Shown here in pieces: positions 10,392 to 19,099 of a DNA stretch of 64,000 bases. Each line of letters starts with the position of its first letter. Within the stretch, counting starts at the first letter, position 1. This DNA is from Clostridia bacterium (GTDB taxonomy: Bacteria; Bacillota; Clostridia; UMGS1883; UMGS1540). Under the pieces are notes generated by a model, which searched no databases, was not told where the DNA came from, and saw only the letters and a program-made list of their open reading frames with translations. The position numbers and the translations under genes are program-made. The DNA lies in the NCBI GenBank assembly GCA_045533905.1, contig JAZSIR010000022.1, positions 36,498-100,497 on the forward strand, read 5' to 3'.

Positions 10392-10806
10392 CGGACCGAA
10401 CCTGAATATGCTGGGCATTCGCGAGCCTGAAATCTACGGGCACGAAACGTACGCGGATCTTGTGCGCTATATTGAAGAAAGCGCGCGCGAGGCAGGCGCC
10501 GAAATCGAAGTGTACCAGTCAAACTACGAAGGGGATATCGTTACAAAAATTCAGGAAGCACACGGCAAAATGGACGGCATTGTGATAAACCCTGCCGCCT
10601 ACACGCACACGAGCATGGCAATTTTGGATGCGCTTCGCGCCGTTTCCCTCCCCGCTGTGGAGGTGCATCTTTCCGACATTACAAACCGCGAAGCCTTTCG
10701 CCGCCTTTCCTATGCAGGTATGGGCTGTGTGAAAACATTTATGGGGCTCGGGTTTGCAGGGTACAGAGACGCGATTTTTTATCTGAAAGAAAACTACGGC
10801 AAATAG
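10372..10806 (+). CDS. aroQ: Type II 3-dehydroquinate dehydratase
   Basis: INGPNLNMLG.REP.IYG, NPAAYTHTS, EVHLS. Confidence 0.95.
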   Translation: MKILVINGPNLNMLGIREPEIYGHETYADLVRYIEESAREAGAEIEVYQSNYEGDIVTKIQEAHGKMDGIVINPAAYTHTSMAILDALRAVSLPAVEVHLSDITNREAFRRLSYAGMGCVKTFMGLGFAGYRDAIFYLKENYGK

Positions 10807-10815
10807 AAAAATACG

Positions 10816-10848
10816 AAAAGCCTTTTCCGAGTGCGGAAAGGCTTTTTT
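10816..10848 (+). terminator. Intrinsic terminator of the aro operon
   Basis: AAAAGCCTTTTCCG-AGTG-CGGAAAGGCTTTTTT. Confidence 0.8.
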
Positions 10849-11059
10849 CATGCTTATCTTTGCGAAAGCAAAATAAAACTCTGCCCAAAGTGCAGAATAC
10901 CACTTGCGAAGCAAATACCACCCGCGCCGCGCGCGGATATACCTGCGAAGCGATCAATGGACCGCGCACAGCGTCCTCTGCGCGGTGGTGTTTTGACATA
11001 GCAAAAAGGCTTCTCCTTTTTGCGGTCTGGACTTTTTTACATTCCCCTTGCAAAGAGAG

Positions 11060-11093
11060 AAAGCGACCGACACGTACTCGTGTCGGTCGCTTT
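11060..11093 (-). terminator. Terminator downstream of the SLH gene (likely bidirectional)
   Basis: Perfect 15-bp stem AAAGCGACCGACACG/CGTGTCGGTCGCTTT. Confidence 0.8.
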
Positions 11094-11120
11094 TGTATCT
11101 ATAATTTTCGGGTAGGAAAA

Positions 11121-13295
11121 TTATTTCGCGATAATGCTGTTTGCAATGCCAAGGATCTTAGCGAGCTGTGCACGTGTGATGGTGGCCTTCGGAGCCAGAG
11201 TGCCATCGCCCATGCCGTTTACGATGCCTGCCTTTGTAAGAGCTGTGATAGCTTCAACACACGCTGCATCGATGCTTGCTGCGTCTGTGTATTCGATTGC
11301 TTCTGCAGTTTCAGCGAGTTCTACGCCTGCAGCCTTGAGGGCATTGTAAAGAAGTGTGAATGCAACTTCGCGAGTTGTTGCAGCTTCTACATCAACCTTG
11401 TCGCCAAATACACCGAGGATGTTGGCTTCGGCAGCTGCTGCCATTTCAGCCTGTACCCAGTGATCCTTTGCAACGATATCGGTGGTAGCACCATCTTTAG
11501 CCTTGAGGCCTGCAATGCGAACTGCAAGTGCAACAACCTGAGCATTTGTGGTCTTTTCTTCCGGACCGAATGTTGTAGCGGTCATACCCTTGATAACGCC
11601 TGCTTTTGCAAGAGCGTCGATGCCGTCGTATGCCCAAGCGTAGGTTTCCTTGTTAACGTCGGTGAATGCTGCAGCACCGTTTTCGATAGCTTCGCCTGCC
11701 GGATCGTTATCTTCCTTGGGTTCTTCCTTCGGCTCTTCTTCCTTCGGTTCTTCTTCCTTCTTATCATCGCTGAGGGAAGCACCACCAACGCTGCCGCCGC
11801 CGCTCGGGAGCTTAGCGATTGCATTTGTGAATGCAACTGTCTTTGTTGTGGAAATGTCAAGAGCGTCGGTTGCGGTGATCACAACTACAACGAACTTGCC
11901 TTCTGTTTCCTTCGGAACAGCAAAGCTGTTGTCGGAATCAAGAACTTCTTTGCCTTCTGCGCTGAATTCTTCTGCTGCAACGAATTCGTCAACAATGTAC
12001 CATGCATAGGCAATTGTCGGAACTGCAGTGTCGCCTTCAGCGTTGCTTACTGCAGATACGTTAGCTGCAGAAAGTGCGAAGGAGGCGCCTGCATACGGCT
12101 TCTTGGACGGAACGGTTTCTGCGATTGTGAGTGTCGGCGGTTCGCTTGTGATGGTGTAGCTGTCAGAAGCAACTTCTTCACTTGCTGCGAATGCTTCGCC
12201 GCCTACAGAGATTGTAACAATGGCCTTAACAACCACGGTCTTGTCAATGGCATCTGCGCCGAAGGTTGCAGTTTCGCCGACAACCGGATCTGCTGCGCCT
12301 TCAAGGAACCACTTGTATGCTACTGCATATTCTGCATTTGCATATGTCTTTTCAAAAGTAGCAACTGCCTTAGCTGCTGCAGCTGCGGAAACTTTGCCGC
12401 CTTCAACTGCTACTGCAGAGATAACCGGAGCATAGCCTTCTGCCGGGAGGATGTAGCCACAGTCAAATGCTTCGGAAAGAGCACCTTCAGCATCGATAGC
12501 GCGAACATCTGTCTTCGGGAGAACGGTGTAGGAAAGCTTCTTGCCAACCCAAGCATCGTCGCTGATTGCGAGTGTTTTGCCGGTAGCTACTGCGGCTTCG
12601 ATGCCTTCTACATACCACTTAACTTCGGAAACATCGCCTGCTGTGGTATCAGCACCCGGTGTTCTTTCACCGTTGTCGAATGCGTAGTCAGCTTCAACGG
12701 TTTCGCCATCTGCAACTGTGCCGTCTACTGCAAAAGAGGAAGCTGTGGGAGCAACCGGCTTTGCCTTTACAACAACTGCATCAGCAGCGGTTTTGTCGGT
12801 AATGGTCCAAGCTTCGCCACCGTTTACTGCGGTGTAAAGGGAAGTGGCGGTCATAGCACTGTCGCCTGCGGCGATTGCCTTGAAGGTGAGAGTGAAGAGA
12901 ATGCCATCAGCCGGCATATCGATAGAGCCCTGGCCCTTCTTAATGCCGAGGATGCTGAGGTCGCCATTTTCGAGGAATGTGCACATATCGAGTGCAAATG
13001 CTCTGTCGAATGTGGTAACAGCATCTTCCGGATAGTCGCTTACAGCGTCGCCTTCAGCGTCTACGAGCTGTACAACTTCGTCGTCGTATGCAAGAACGAG
13101 GTCATGCATAGCAACTGTTTCGGGGCCTTCTACCTTTACGTCTACAGTGAAGAGATTGTCTTCACCTTCTACATAGTAAACCGAGGCCGGATCCCAAACA
13201 AGTGTTAATGTGCCTTCGTTTGCCGCGGCTACTGCGAAAGACATCGACAGAAGCATCATAACGGCAAGCAAAACGGCAGAAATTTTCTTCATCAT
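11121..13295 (-). CDS. Cell-surface protein: signal peptide, N-terminal cohesin-like domain, about 3 Ig-like repeats, Glu/Pro/Lys linker, 3 C-terminal SLH domains
   Basis: Signal MMKKISAVLLAVMMLL; FTVDVKV...LAYDDEVVQLV...LFTLTFKA cohesin-like strands; FTDV...WAY..I..L...GVIKG...FGP and GIVNG.GDG...P...ITRAQ SLH motifs. Confidence 0.85.
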   Translation of the reverse strand: MMKKISAVLLAVMMLLSMSFAVAAANEGTLTLVWDPASVYYVEGEDNLFTVDVKVEGPETVAMHDLVLAYDDEVVQLVDAEGDAVSDYPEDAVTTFDRAFALDMCTFLENGDLSILGIKKGQGSIDMPADGILFTLTFKAIAAGDSAMTATSLYTAVNGGEAWTITDKTAADAVVVKAKPVAPTASSFAVDGTVADGETVEADYAFDNGERTPGADTTAGDVSEVKWYVEGIEAAVATGKTLAISDDAWVGKKLSYTVLPKTDVRAIDAEGALSEAFDCGYILPAEGYAPVISAVAVEGGKVSAAAAAKAVATFEKTYANAEYAVAYKWFLEGAADPVVGETATFGADAIDKTVVVKAIVTISVGGEAFAASEEVASDSYTITSEPPTLTIAETVPSKKPYAGASFALSAANVSAVSNAEGDTAVPTIAYAWYIVDEFVAAEEFSAEGKEVLDSDNSFAVPKETEGKFVVVVITATDALDISTTKTVAFTNAIAKLPSGGGSVGGASLSDDKKEEEPKEEEPKEEPKEDNDPAGEAIENGAAAFTDVNKETYAWAYDGIDALAKAGVIKGMTATTFGPEEKTTNAQVVALAVRIAGLKAKDGATTDIVAKDHWVQAEMAAAAEANILGVFGDKVDVEAATTREVAFTLLYNALKAAGVELAETAEAIEYTDAASIDAACVEAITALTKAGIVNGMGDGTLAPKATITRAQLAKILGIANSIIAK

Positions 13296-13347
13296 AATTT
13301 TGTTACCTCTTTCTTTGGATTTTACCGCGTGCCTTGCGGGGTATTAC

Positions 13348-15144
13348 TTAATAACCAAATCTCCATTCAGCATAGAGAGCGGAAGCGTCGAGACCGTTTA
13401 CTTCGCCGCTGCCGTCAATGTCGGCTGCGATATTGTAAAGTTCAACGTTCTCTGTGGTTGCACGCCATGCAGCGTAGAGGGCGGAAGCGTCCATACCGTC
13501 AACCTTGCCGTCAACGTAGATGTCACCGGCTACCATATTTACGGTGAAGCCTTCTGCGGTGATATCTTCTGCGCGTACCGAGTCAACAGCTGCAACTGCG
13601 CCGTCTGCTACTGTGAGCGTGAAGGTGAGCGTTACAAAGCCGGGACGTGCAACAACAACGGTGTGATCGCCGTCTGCAACAGCTTCTGCAGTAAAGACTG
13701 CGCCGTCAGCTGCAGCTTCTGCGCCGTCAACGGTTACAGTTGCATCCACAACAGCATCTACTGCAATCTTTGCGAGTGTGATAGCTACTTCGATACCCTT
13801 TACATTGATCTGGTTTACAGTCAGTGTGTAAGAAACAGTTTCTGTAGTATCTGCATCATCGCCGTATACGATAGTAGCAACTGCTTCGTAAGCTGTCTTC
13901 GGTTCTGCTGCATCGGAAGCGGCACGAGCGAGTTCTACAACGCCTGCTTCTACAGCAATTTCGTCAATCGTCCAGCTGATAACTGCATCAGAGCCTTCTA
14001 CTGCGGCCGGAAGCGTAACGCTTGCCTTACCGAAGAGAGCCTGTGCATCATCCGGAGTGCCATCTTCCGGCCATGCCGGGTCAGCAGTTTCGAATTCGGA
14101 ATCGCTGTATACGACTTCGGGAGCTACGAGAGCGTTCTTTGCAGCGGTGGTTTCAGCTGTGATTACAACATCTGCTGTAACAACTGCAAACTTCGGAGCT
14201 GCGATAGAAACTACATATGTGTCAACGCCTGTCTTCGGAGCGGTGATACCTGTGATAGTAAGAACACCGTCAGAAATTGCATACTCGAAACCTTCTACTG
14301 CTTCGCCGCCCTTTGTGATGGAAACGCTTTCTGCACCGATGTTGGAAATCCATTCGTTAGCATCTTCAAGTGCGATGGCGATTGCTTCGTCGCCTACGAG
14401 AGCGAGGTCAGAAGCTGTACCCGGTGTCTTTGCGACAGCTGTGATACCTTCTTCAGATTCCCAACGGGCATCTTTAAAGAGCTTCTTGTCAGCTGCAGCT
14501 TTCAGAACAACCTTTGTTACAGTGCCTTCGCCGAGGTTTGCAATGGCGAGCTCGCCATCTGCAAAGGTTACGTCATCAAGGTCAACGGAAACTTCTTCGC
14601 CGTTTAAGGTTACGGTAACTGTGCCGACTCTTTCGAACCATGCATCAGCATCGCTGCCGGTTACGGAGAATACGAGGTCATCCCCAAATTCCCAGTTTTC
14701 GGTTACGAGTGCAAGTGTCGGAGCCTTTACGAGTGCTTCAACGCTTGTGTATGCAACAGCAGAAACGTTTTCACCGCCAACGAAGGCTGTGATGATGCCG
14801 CCGATTGTTGCATCTGCACGCGGAACGAATGTGAACGAGAAAGCGCCTTCTGTTGCAGCCTTCTGGTCGATGTAGACAACGTCTTCGCCGAGGTCTTCAT
14901 CCGTATATGCCGCAAGAGCCTCATCATCGTATGCCTGACCGCCACGAACAGCGAGGATGGTTACTTCTGCATCAGCATCCGAAATGGTGCCGGCGATGGT
15001 AACTGTACCTTCTGCTTCGTTAACGGTAGCCGATGTGATTGCCACTTCAGTTGCAGTTTCTTCTGCAAATGCCACTGTGGGAATCATGCACAATGCGAGT
15101 ACGATCGCAAGGGCTTTCCGCAAGTTGTTTGTTCTTTTGAACAT
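13348..15144 (-). CDS. Secreted acidic protein: Ig-like domains, two DUF1533-like repeats, X module and C-terminal dockerin
   Basis: Signal peptide; duplicated Ca-loop/helix GDIYVDGKVDGMDASALYAAW and ADIDGSGEVNGLDASALYAEW; HTVVVARPGF X-module motif. Confidence 0.8.
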   Translation of the reverse strand: MFKRTNNLRKALAIVLALCMIPTVAFAEETATEVAITSATVNEAEGTVTIAGTISDADAEVTILAVRGGQAYDDEALAAYTDEDLGEDVVYIDQKAATEGAFSFTFVPRADATIGGIITAFVGGENVSAVAYTSVEALVKAPTLALVTENWEFGDDLVFSVTGSDADAWFERVGTVTVTLNGEEVSVDLDDVTFADGELAIANLGEGTVTKVVLKAAADKKLFKDARWESEEGITAVAKTPGTASDLALVGDEAIAIALEDANEWISNIGAESVSITKGGEAVEGFEYAISDGVLTITGITAPKTGVDTYVVSIAAPKFAVVTADVVITAETTAAKNALVAPEVVYSDSEFETADPAWPEDGTPDDAQALFGKASVTLPAAVEGSDAVISWTIDEIAVEAGVVELARAASDAAEPKTAYEAVATIVYGDDADTTETVSYTLTVNQINVKGIEVAITLAKIAVDAVVDATVTVDGAEAAADGAVFTAEAVADGDHTVVVARPGFVTLTFTLTVADGAVAAVDSVRAEDITAEGFTVNMVAGDIYVDGKVDGMDASALYAAWRATTENVELYNIAADIDGSGEVNGLDASALYAEWRFGY

Positions 15145-15276
15145 TTTCCTACCCCTTCCTTTAATTGGAATGTTTTTACTTTGCGAATATGTACATTATT
15201 ATGCAGACTTCGCAAGAGTGTGATAAAAAGCCACCCTCTTCTTGGGGAGAGTAGCCCTTTATAACTATACGCTCTT

Positions 15277-15305
15277 ATTATACAGGCTTCCCGTCAAAAA
15301 TGCAA
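15277..15305 (-). promoter_or_regulatory. Sigma-A promoter of the dockerin/cohesin-SLH operon, giving a 5' UTR of about 125 nt
   Basis: TTGCAT-17 bp-TATAAT on the minus strand. Confidence 0.6.
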
Positions 15306-15415
15306 GTCTTTTTTGAAAGATTTTTTCGTTTTTGTACAATATGTATAAACCCGCACGGGACTTTTTGCGAAATCACGTGCGGGCCATCGTTTGATTTTTG
15401 GAAGATGTGCCGAAG

Positions 15416-16732
15416 TCAGTTTTCTTTTACGACCGAAAGGCGCCCAATGCCGTAGTAACCGAAGGCTTCTATATGCGCTTTTCCGATGCGTTCGCCGCTC
15501 ACTAAAATCGGCACGGCGGGCGGGCAGCTGACGCCCTCCGCCGCCAAAATGCGCCCCTCACAGTCTTCTGTCTTTACCGTCTCGTGTGGGGAAAGGCGCG
15601 CGGCGCGCGGCGAGAGAACGCGTACACCTTCTGCCGCCCGCGGCGGCCTCTCTTCGACCGGCGTGCGGCGGGGAATCGCCGAGAGTACTTCCAGAAGGCG
15701 CGCAAGCCCCTCTTCGCCCGTTTCGGGCGTAACCATTAAAACGAGATAGTCTTTATCATAAAATTCGGGGATGCAGTTTTCCTCTTTCAGGATTGCGGCC
15801 AGCGCTTCTCCCGTATAGCCGTAGCTTTTGGGTGCGATTGTGATTTTCAGTTCTTCGCCCGAAAGCACATCGTAGCCTTTTCCCCGAAGGGCCGTCTTTG
15901 CTTTTTCCACCTGCGGCAAAAAGGCCGCGAGGCGCTCGCGGTAGCCGGCCGCGAGGTACGCATTTGTGCGGTCAATCGAGGCAAGTATCAAATAGGAAGG
16001 ACTTGTGGAGCCGAAAAGCACCATCGCCTCCTTCGCATACGGCGAAAAACGCGCGCTGTGCCTTCCGGCAATGTGCAGATACGCGCTTCCCGTCAGCGCG
16101 GGAAGTGTTTTATGCGCCGAGTCGGCACACAGGTCGGCACCGAGGTCGATAGGGTGCGCGGATGTGGGCAGAAATTTCCGGTATGCGCCGTGCGCATTGT
16201 CAACAAGGAGAAGCGTGCCGTGCGCGCGACACACCCGCGAAAGGCCTTCAATATCGAGAATCTGCCCGAGATAGTCGGGACTTGTGACATATACGGCCGT
16301 AAACTTCTGCGCCGAAAGGGCTTTATCGAGCGCTTCGGCCGAAAGCGTGCAAGAAAGATAGCTTTCGCCCGCCGCGGGCAGCCACGTAACCGCAAAATCC
16401 AAAAGTGCGGCGGCACTTATAAATGCGCGATGCGCATTTCTTGCCGCGAGGATATGCGCCTGTTCTTCCGTTTGCATACAAACGAGTGCGAGCATTGCGC
16501 GGATGGCGAGTGAGGCGCCTTCTGCGGAATAGAACGTGTCAGCCCCGAAAAGGGCGCCGGCATTTTCCTCGCTTTCGCGGATAATGCCTTCGGGCGCGTA
16601 GAGACTGTCGGCCCCGTCGATTTCCGTAATGTCCGCCCCATACCCGTGCATACCCTTATGCCCCGGCATATGGAGACGGAGCGCGTTTTTCTCTATGTAC
16701 TTTTCCACAAAGTCACAAACGGGGGTTTTCAA
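15416..16732 (-). CDS. PLP-dependent Orn/Lys/Arg decarboxylase family protein (YaaO-like)
   Basis: HMPGHKG, VTSPDY.G, VDNAHGA, DSAHKTLP, STSPSY; start at TTG 16732 or GTG 16741. Confidence 0.88.
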   Translation of the reverse strand: MKTPVCDFVEKYIEKNALRLHMPGHKGMHGYGADITEIDGADSLYAPEGIIRESEENAGALFGADTFYSAEGASLAIRAMLALVCMQTEEQAHILAARNAHRAFISAAALLDFAVTWLPAAGESYLSCTLSAEALDKALSAQKFTAVYVTSPDYLGQILDIEGLSRVCRAHGTLLLVDNAHGAYRKFLPTSAHPIDLGADLCADSAHKTLPALTGSAYLHIAGRHSARFSPYAKEAMVLFGSTSPSYLILASIDRTNAYLAAGYRERLAAFLPQVEKAKTALRGKGYDVLSGEELKITIAPKSYGYTGEALAAILKEENCIPEFYDKDYLVLMVTPETGEEGLARLLEVLSAIPRRTPVEERPPRAAEGVRVLSPRAARLSPHETVKTEDCEGRILAAEGVSCPPAVPILVSGERIGKAHIEAFGYYGIGRLSVVKEN

Positions 16733-16737
16733 AATGC

Positions 16738-18123
16738 TCACTCCGCTTCGCTTCCAAGACTTCTTGCAGCCGCAACCATAATGGCACATTCCATACGCTT
16801 TTTGAAGAGCTTGCAGCCGTATTCATATACGCCGCGTATGTCGCCCGTGGCGTGGTAGGCGTTTGCGGCACAGCCGCCTGAGCAGTATAGCCGTGCCCAG
16901 CACGATTTACATTCTTCTCTTGCATACACGTTGCAAGCGGCGAACTCGGCCTGTACGTCTTTTTTGGTGACGCCGTCCCAGATGTTGCCGAGAAGGTACT
17001 TTTCATCCCCCACAAACTGGTGGCAGGGGTAAAGGTCGCCCCACGGCGTGACGGCCATATATTCCGTGCCCGAGCCGCAACCCGATATGCGCTTATAGAT
17101 GCACGGGCCGCCGGAAAGGTCAATCATATAATGGTAGAAGGTGAAGGGCTTGCCTTCCTTATCGCGCGAAAGCATAAGCTCAGCAAGCTTTTCATACTGG
17201 TCAAAAAGTACGGGTAAGTCTTCTTCCGTAAGGGCGGCGCCGTCTTCGGGCGCGGTGACCACAGGCTCCATACTAAGCTCCGAAAAGCCAAGGTCGAGCA
17301 TCGTTTTGATATCCTCTAAAAAGTCGGCATTTTCGTGTGTGAAGGTGCCGCGCATATAATAGTTTTTGCCGCCGCGGGCTTCTACCAGCTTTTGAAACTT
17401 CGGCACGATGCGGTCAAAGCTTCCGTTTCCTGCATAATCTACGCGGTAACGGTCGTGCACCTCGCGCCGCCCGTCAAGGCTTAAAACAACGTTGCTCATT
17501 TCGCGGTTTGCAAAGTCGATTACATCATCATCAATGAGAAGCCCATTTGTGGTGAGCGTGAAGCGGAAGTTTTTGCCCTTTTCTTTCTCGATGCTTCGGG
17601 CATACGCCACAAGCTGTTTCACCACGTCAAAATTCATAAGCGGCTCGCCGCCGAAAAAGTCTACTTCGAGATTTCTGCGCGTGCCTGAATTTTCGATGAG
17701 GAAATCGAGGGCGCGTTTTCCGACTTCAAAGGACATAATGGCGCGTTCGCCCCGGTATTTTCCCTGGCTTGCAAAGCAGTAGGCGCAGTTTAAATTGCAC
17801 GTGTGCGCCACGTGGAGGCATAAAGCCTTTACGACGCCCGCCGTCTTCTCTTTTAAAACGCCTGCTTTATCGGAAAACGTGTCGTGCGCAAAAAGCTGGC
17901 CTCTGTCCCGAAGGGTTTCGAGTTCTGCATAGCAGCCCGCCACCTCTTCGCGCGTGACGCCTTTTTCTGTATATCTTTCCGAAACGGTGGTGATGAGCGC
18001 CTCCTTTTCCGAGGATTCAAAGCCTTCGATAAGGTCATAGGCCACATCGTCCACAACGTGCACGCCGCCGGAGGCGACATCGAGCACTATGTTATATCCG
18101 CCAAGTTTATACTGGTGTATCAT
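16738..18123 (-). CDS. scfB: SCIFF ranthipeptide radical SAM/SPASM maturase
   Basis: MIHQY..GY N-terminus, CNLNCAYC, FFGGEPL, SPASM cysteines GCG.G...YPCHQF...C..C....YCSGGC.AN; adjacent to scfA. Confidence 0.95.
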   Translation of the reverse strand: MIHQYKLGGYNIVLDVASGGVHVVDDVAYDLIEGFESSEKEALITTVSERYTEKGVTREEVAGCYAELETLRDRGQLFAHDTFSDKAGVLKEKTAGVVKALCLHVAHTCNLNCAYCFASQGKYRGERAIMSFEVGKRALDFLIENSGTRRNLEVDFFGGEPLMNFDVVKQLVAYARSIEKEKGKNFRFTLTTNGLLIDDDVIDFANREMSNVVLSLDGRREVHDRYRVDYAGNGSFDRIVPKFQKLVEARGGKNYYMRGTFTHENADFLEDIKTMLDLGFSELSMEPVVTAPEDGAALTEEDLPVLFDQYEKLAELMLSRDKEGKPFTFYHYMIDLSGGPCIYKRISGCGSGTEYMAVTPWGDLYPCHQFVGDEKYLLGNIWDGVTKKDVQAEFAACNVYAREECKSCWARLYCSGGCAANAYHATGDIRGVYEYGCKLFKKRMECAIMVAAARSLGSEAE

Positions 18124-18152
18124 TGTAGATTCCTCTCTTTATCGTAAACAAG

Positions 18153-18177
18153 AATGCCGCCCAAAAAGGACGGCATT
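18153..18177 (-). terminator. Hairpin between scfA and scfB (partial terminator or stabiliser)
   Basis: AATGCCGTCC-loop-GGGCGGCATT followed by CTTGTTT on the minus strand. Confidence 0.5.
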
Positions 18178-18183
18178 TTGTAA

Positions 18184-18336
18184 TTACTTGCTTTCTTTCG
18201 TGTTTTCACACTGCTGGTTAGCAATGCCGCAGCTTGTTTTGCATGCAGACTGGCAAGAGGTCTGACATTCGCCGCAGCCGCCGTTTTTCGCGCTTTCACA
18301 CAAAGAGCGTGTTTCAATTGTCTTAATATGTTCCAT
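18184..18336 (-). CDS. scfA: Six-cysteine ranthipeptide precursor (SCIFF), 50 aa
   Basis: MEHIKTIETRSLCESAKNGGCGECQTSCQSACKTSCGIANQQCE; RBS GGAGGG. Confidence 0.95.
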   Translation of the reverse strand: MEHIKTIETRSLCESAKNGGCGECQTSCQSACKTSCGIANQQCENTKESK

Positions 18337-18365
18337 TTTTCGACCCTCCATCTCTGTTTTCCCTA

Positions 18366-18394
18366 AGTATACCATACCTTTTTCCCAAAGTCAA
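18366..18394 (-). promoter_or_regulatory. Sigma-A promoter of scfAB
   Basis: TTGACT-17 bp-TATACT with TG extended -10. Confidence 0.75.
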
Positions 18395-18402
18395 TACAAA
18401 AT

Positions 18403-18924
18403 CTATTTTTTAAGAAGCGGGGAAAGAGGCTTATAAAGAAGCATTGTAAGCGCCGTAATCACCACGGCCTTGATGGCGTTAAACGGCAGGATGGCGGCAA
18501 GAAGCGTCGGCACAATCTGCTCTTTCGGGATGCCGTAGAGCGGCAAGTTTATGAAGCGGTTTGCAAAAAGCGCGGCGAGAAGCATCACGATGCTACCGAG
18601 TACGAGCGACCAAAAGGCGCCGCCCTTCGTGTGGAATCTCTTATACAAAAGCCCTGCACAAAGGACAAAGGGGCCGCTTATAAGAATGTTGGCCATTTCC
18701 CCCACGCCGCCCGAAAACGACTGGAAAAGGTGGAGGGCGTTTTCGATGATAACAACCAAAAGACCGGCTACGGGCCCAATCGAAAACGCGGCAAAAAGTG
18801 CGGGGATATCGCAAAGGTTCATCCGCAGAAAGCTTGCCGAGGGAAGTACGGCAAACTCAAACTGCATTAAAATAAAGCCGATAGCACCTAAAATAGCAAT
18901 GCGCAGTAAATTTTTTGTTTTCAT
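18403..18924 (-). CDS. ribU: ECF transporter S component, riboflavin RibU-like
   Basis: Hydrophobic protein of about six TM segments, D.PAL...F..GP..G, GEMAN, PFN.IK motifs; downstream of an FMN riboswitch. Confidence 0.85.
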   Translation of the reverse strand: MKTKNLLRIAILGAIGFILMQFEFAVLPSASFLRMNLCDIPALFAAFSIGPVAGLLVVIIENALHLFQSFSGGVGEMANILISGPFVLCAGLLYKRFHTKGGAFWSLVLGSIVMLLAALFANRFINLPLYGIPKEQIVPTLLAAILPFNAIKAVVITALTMLLYKPLSPLLKK

Positions 18925-18947
18925 TCTTTGCCTCCTTAAAATGAAAT

Positions 18948-18969
18948 GCCCCGACACACGTGTCGGGGC
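18948..18969 (-). terminator. Riboswitch expression-platform terminator
   Basis: GCCCCGACAC/GTGTCGGGGC stem plus ATTTCATTTT; 5' arm is complementary to the aptamer 5' segment TCGGGGC. Confidence 0.8.
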
Positions 18970-18985
18970 TTGCTTCTTTCTTTTT

Positions 18986-19097
18986 GCTCTTTATACCGGA
19001 CTATACCGTCGGCTTCGGAATTTCACCGAATCAGCCGTCTTATAAAAGACGGGTCGCGGGCTGTACCGCCGGTAGGGAATTGCACCCTGCCCCGAGC
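18986..19097 (-). ncRNA. FMN (RFN) riboswitch aptamer with an atypical 3' joining segment
   Basis: CTCGGGGCAGGGTGCAATTCCCTACCGGCGGTACAGCCCGCGA...GATTCGGTGAAATTCCGAAGCCGACGGTATAGTCCGG; P1 GCTC/GAGC. Confidence 0.9.
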
Positions 19098-19099
19098 TA

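Noticed and set aside
10860-14607. Two long, extremely Cys-rich plus-strand ORFs (782 and 465 aa)
   Set aside because: They are exact antisense shadows of the SLH and dockerin genes: Ala GCA reads as TGC, and avoidance of TTA/CTA/TCA removes antisense stops. No RBS or motifs.
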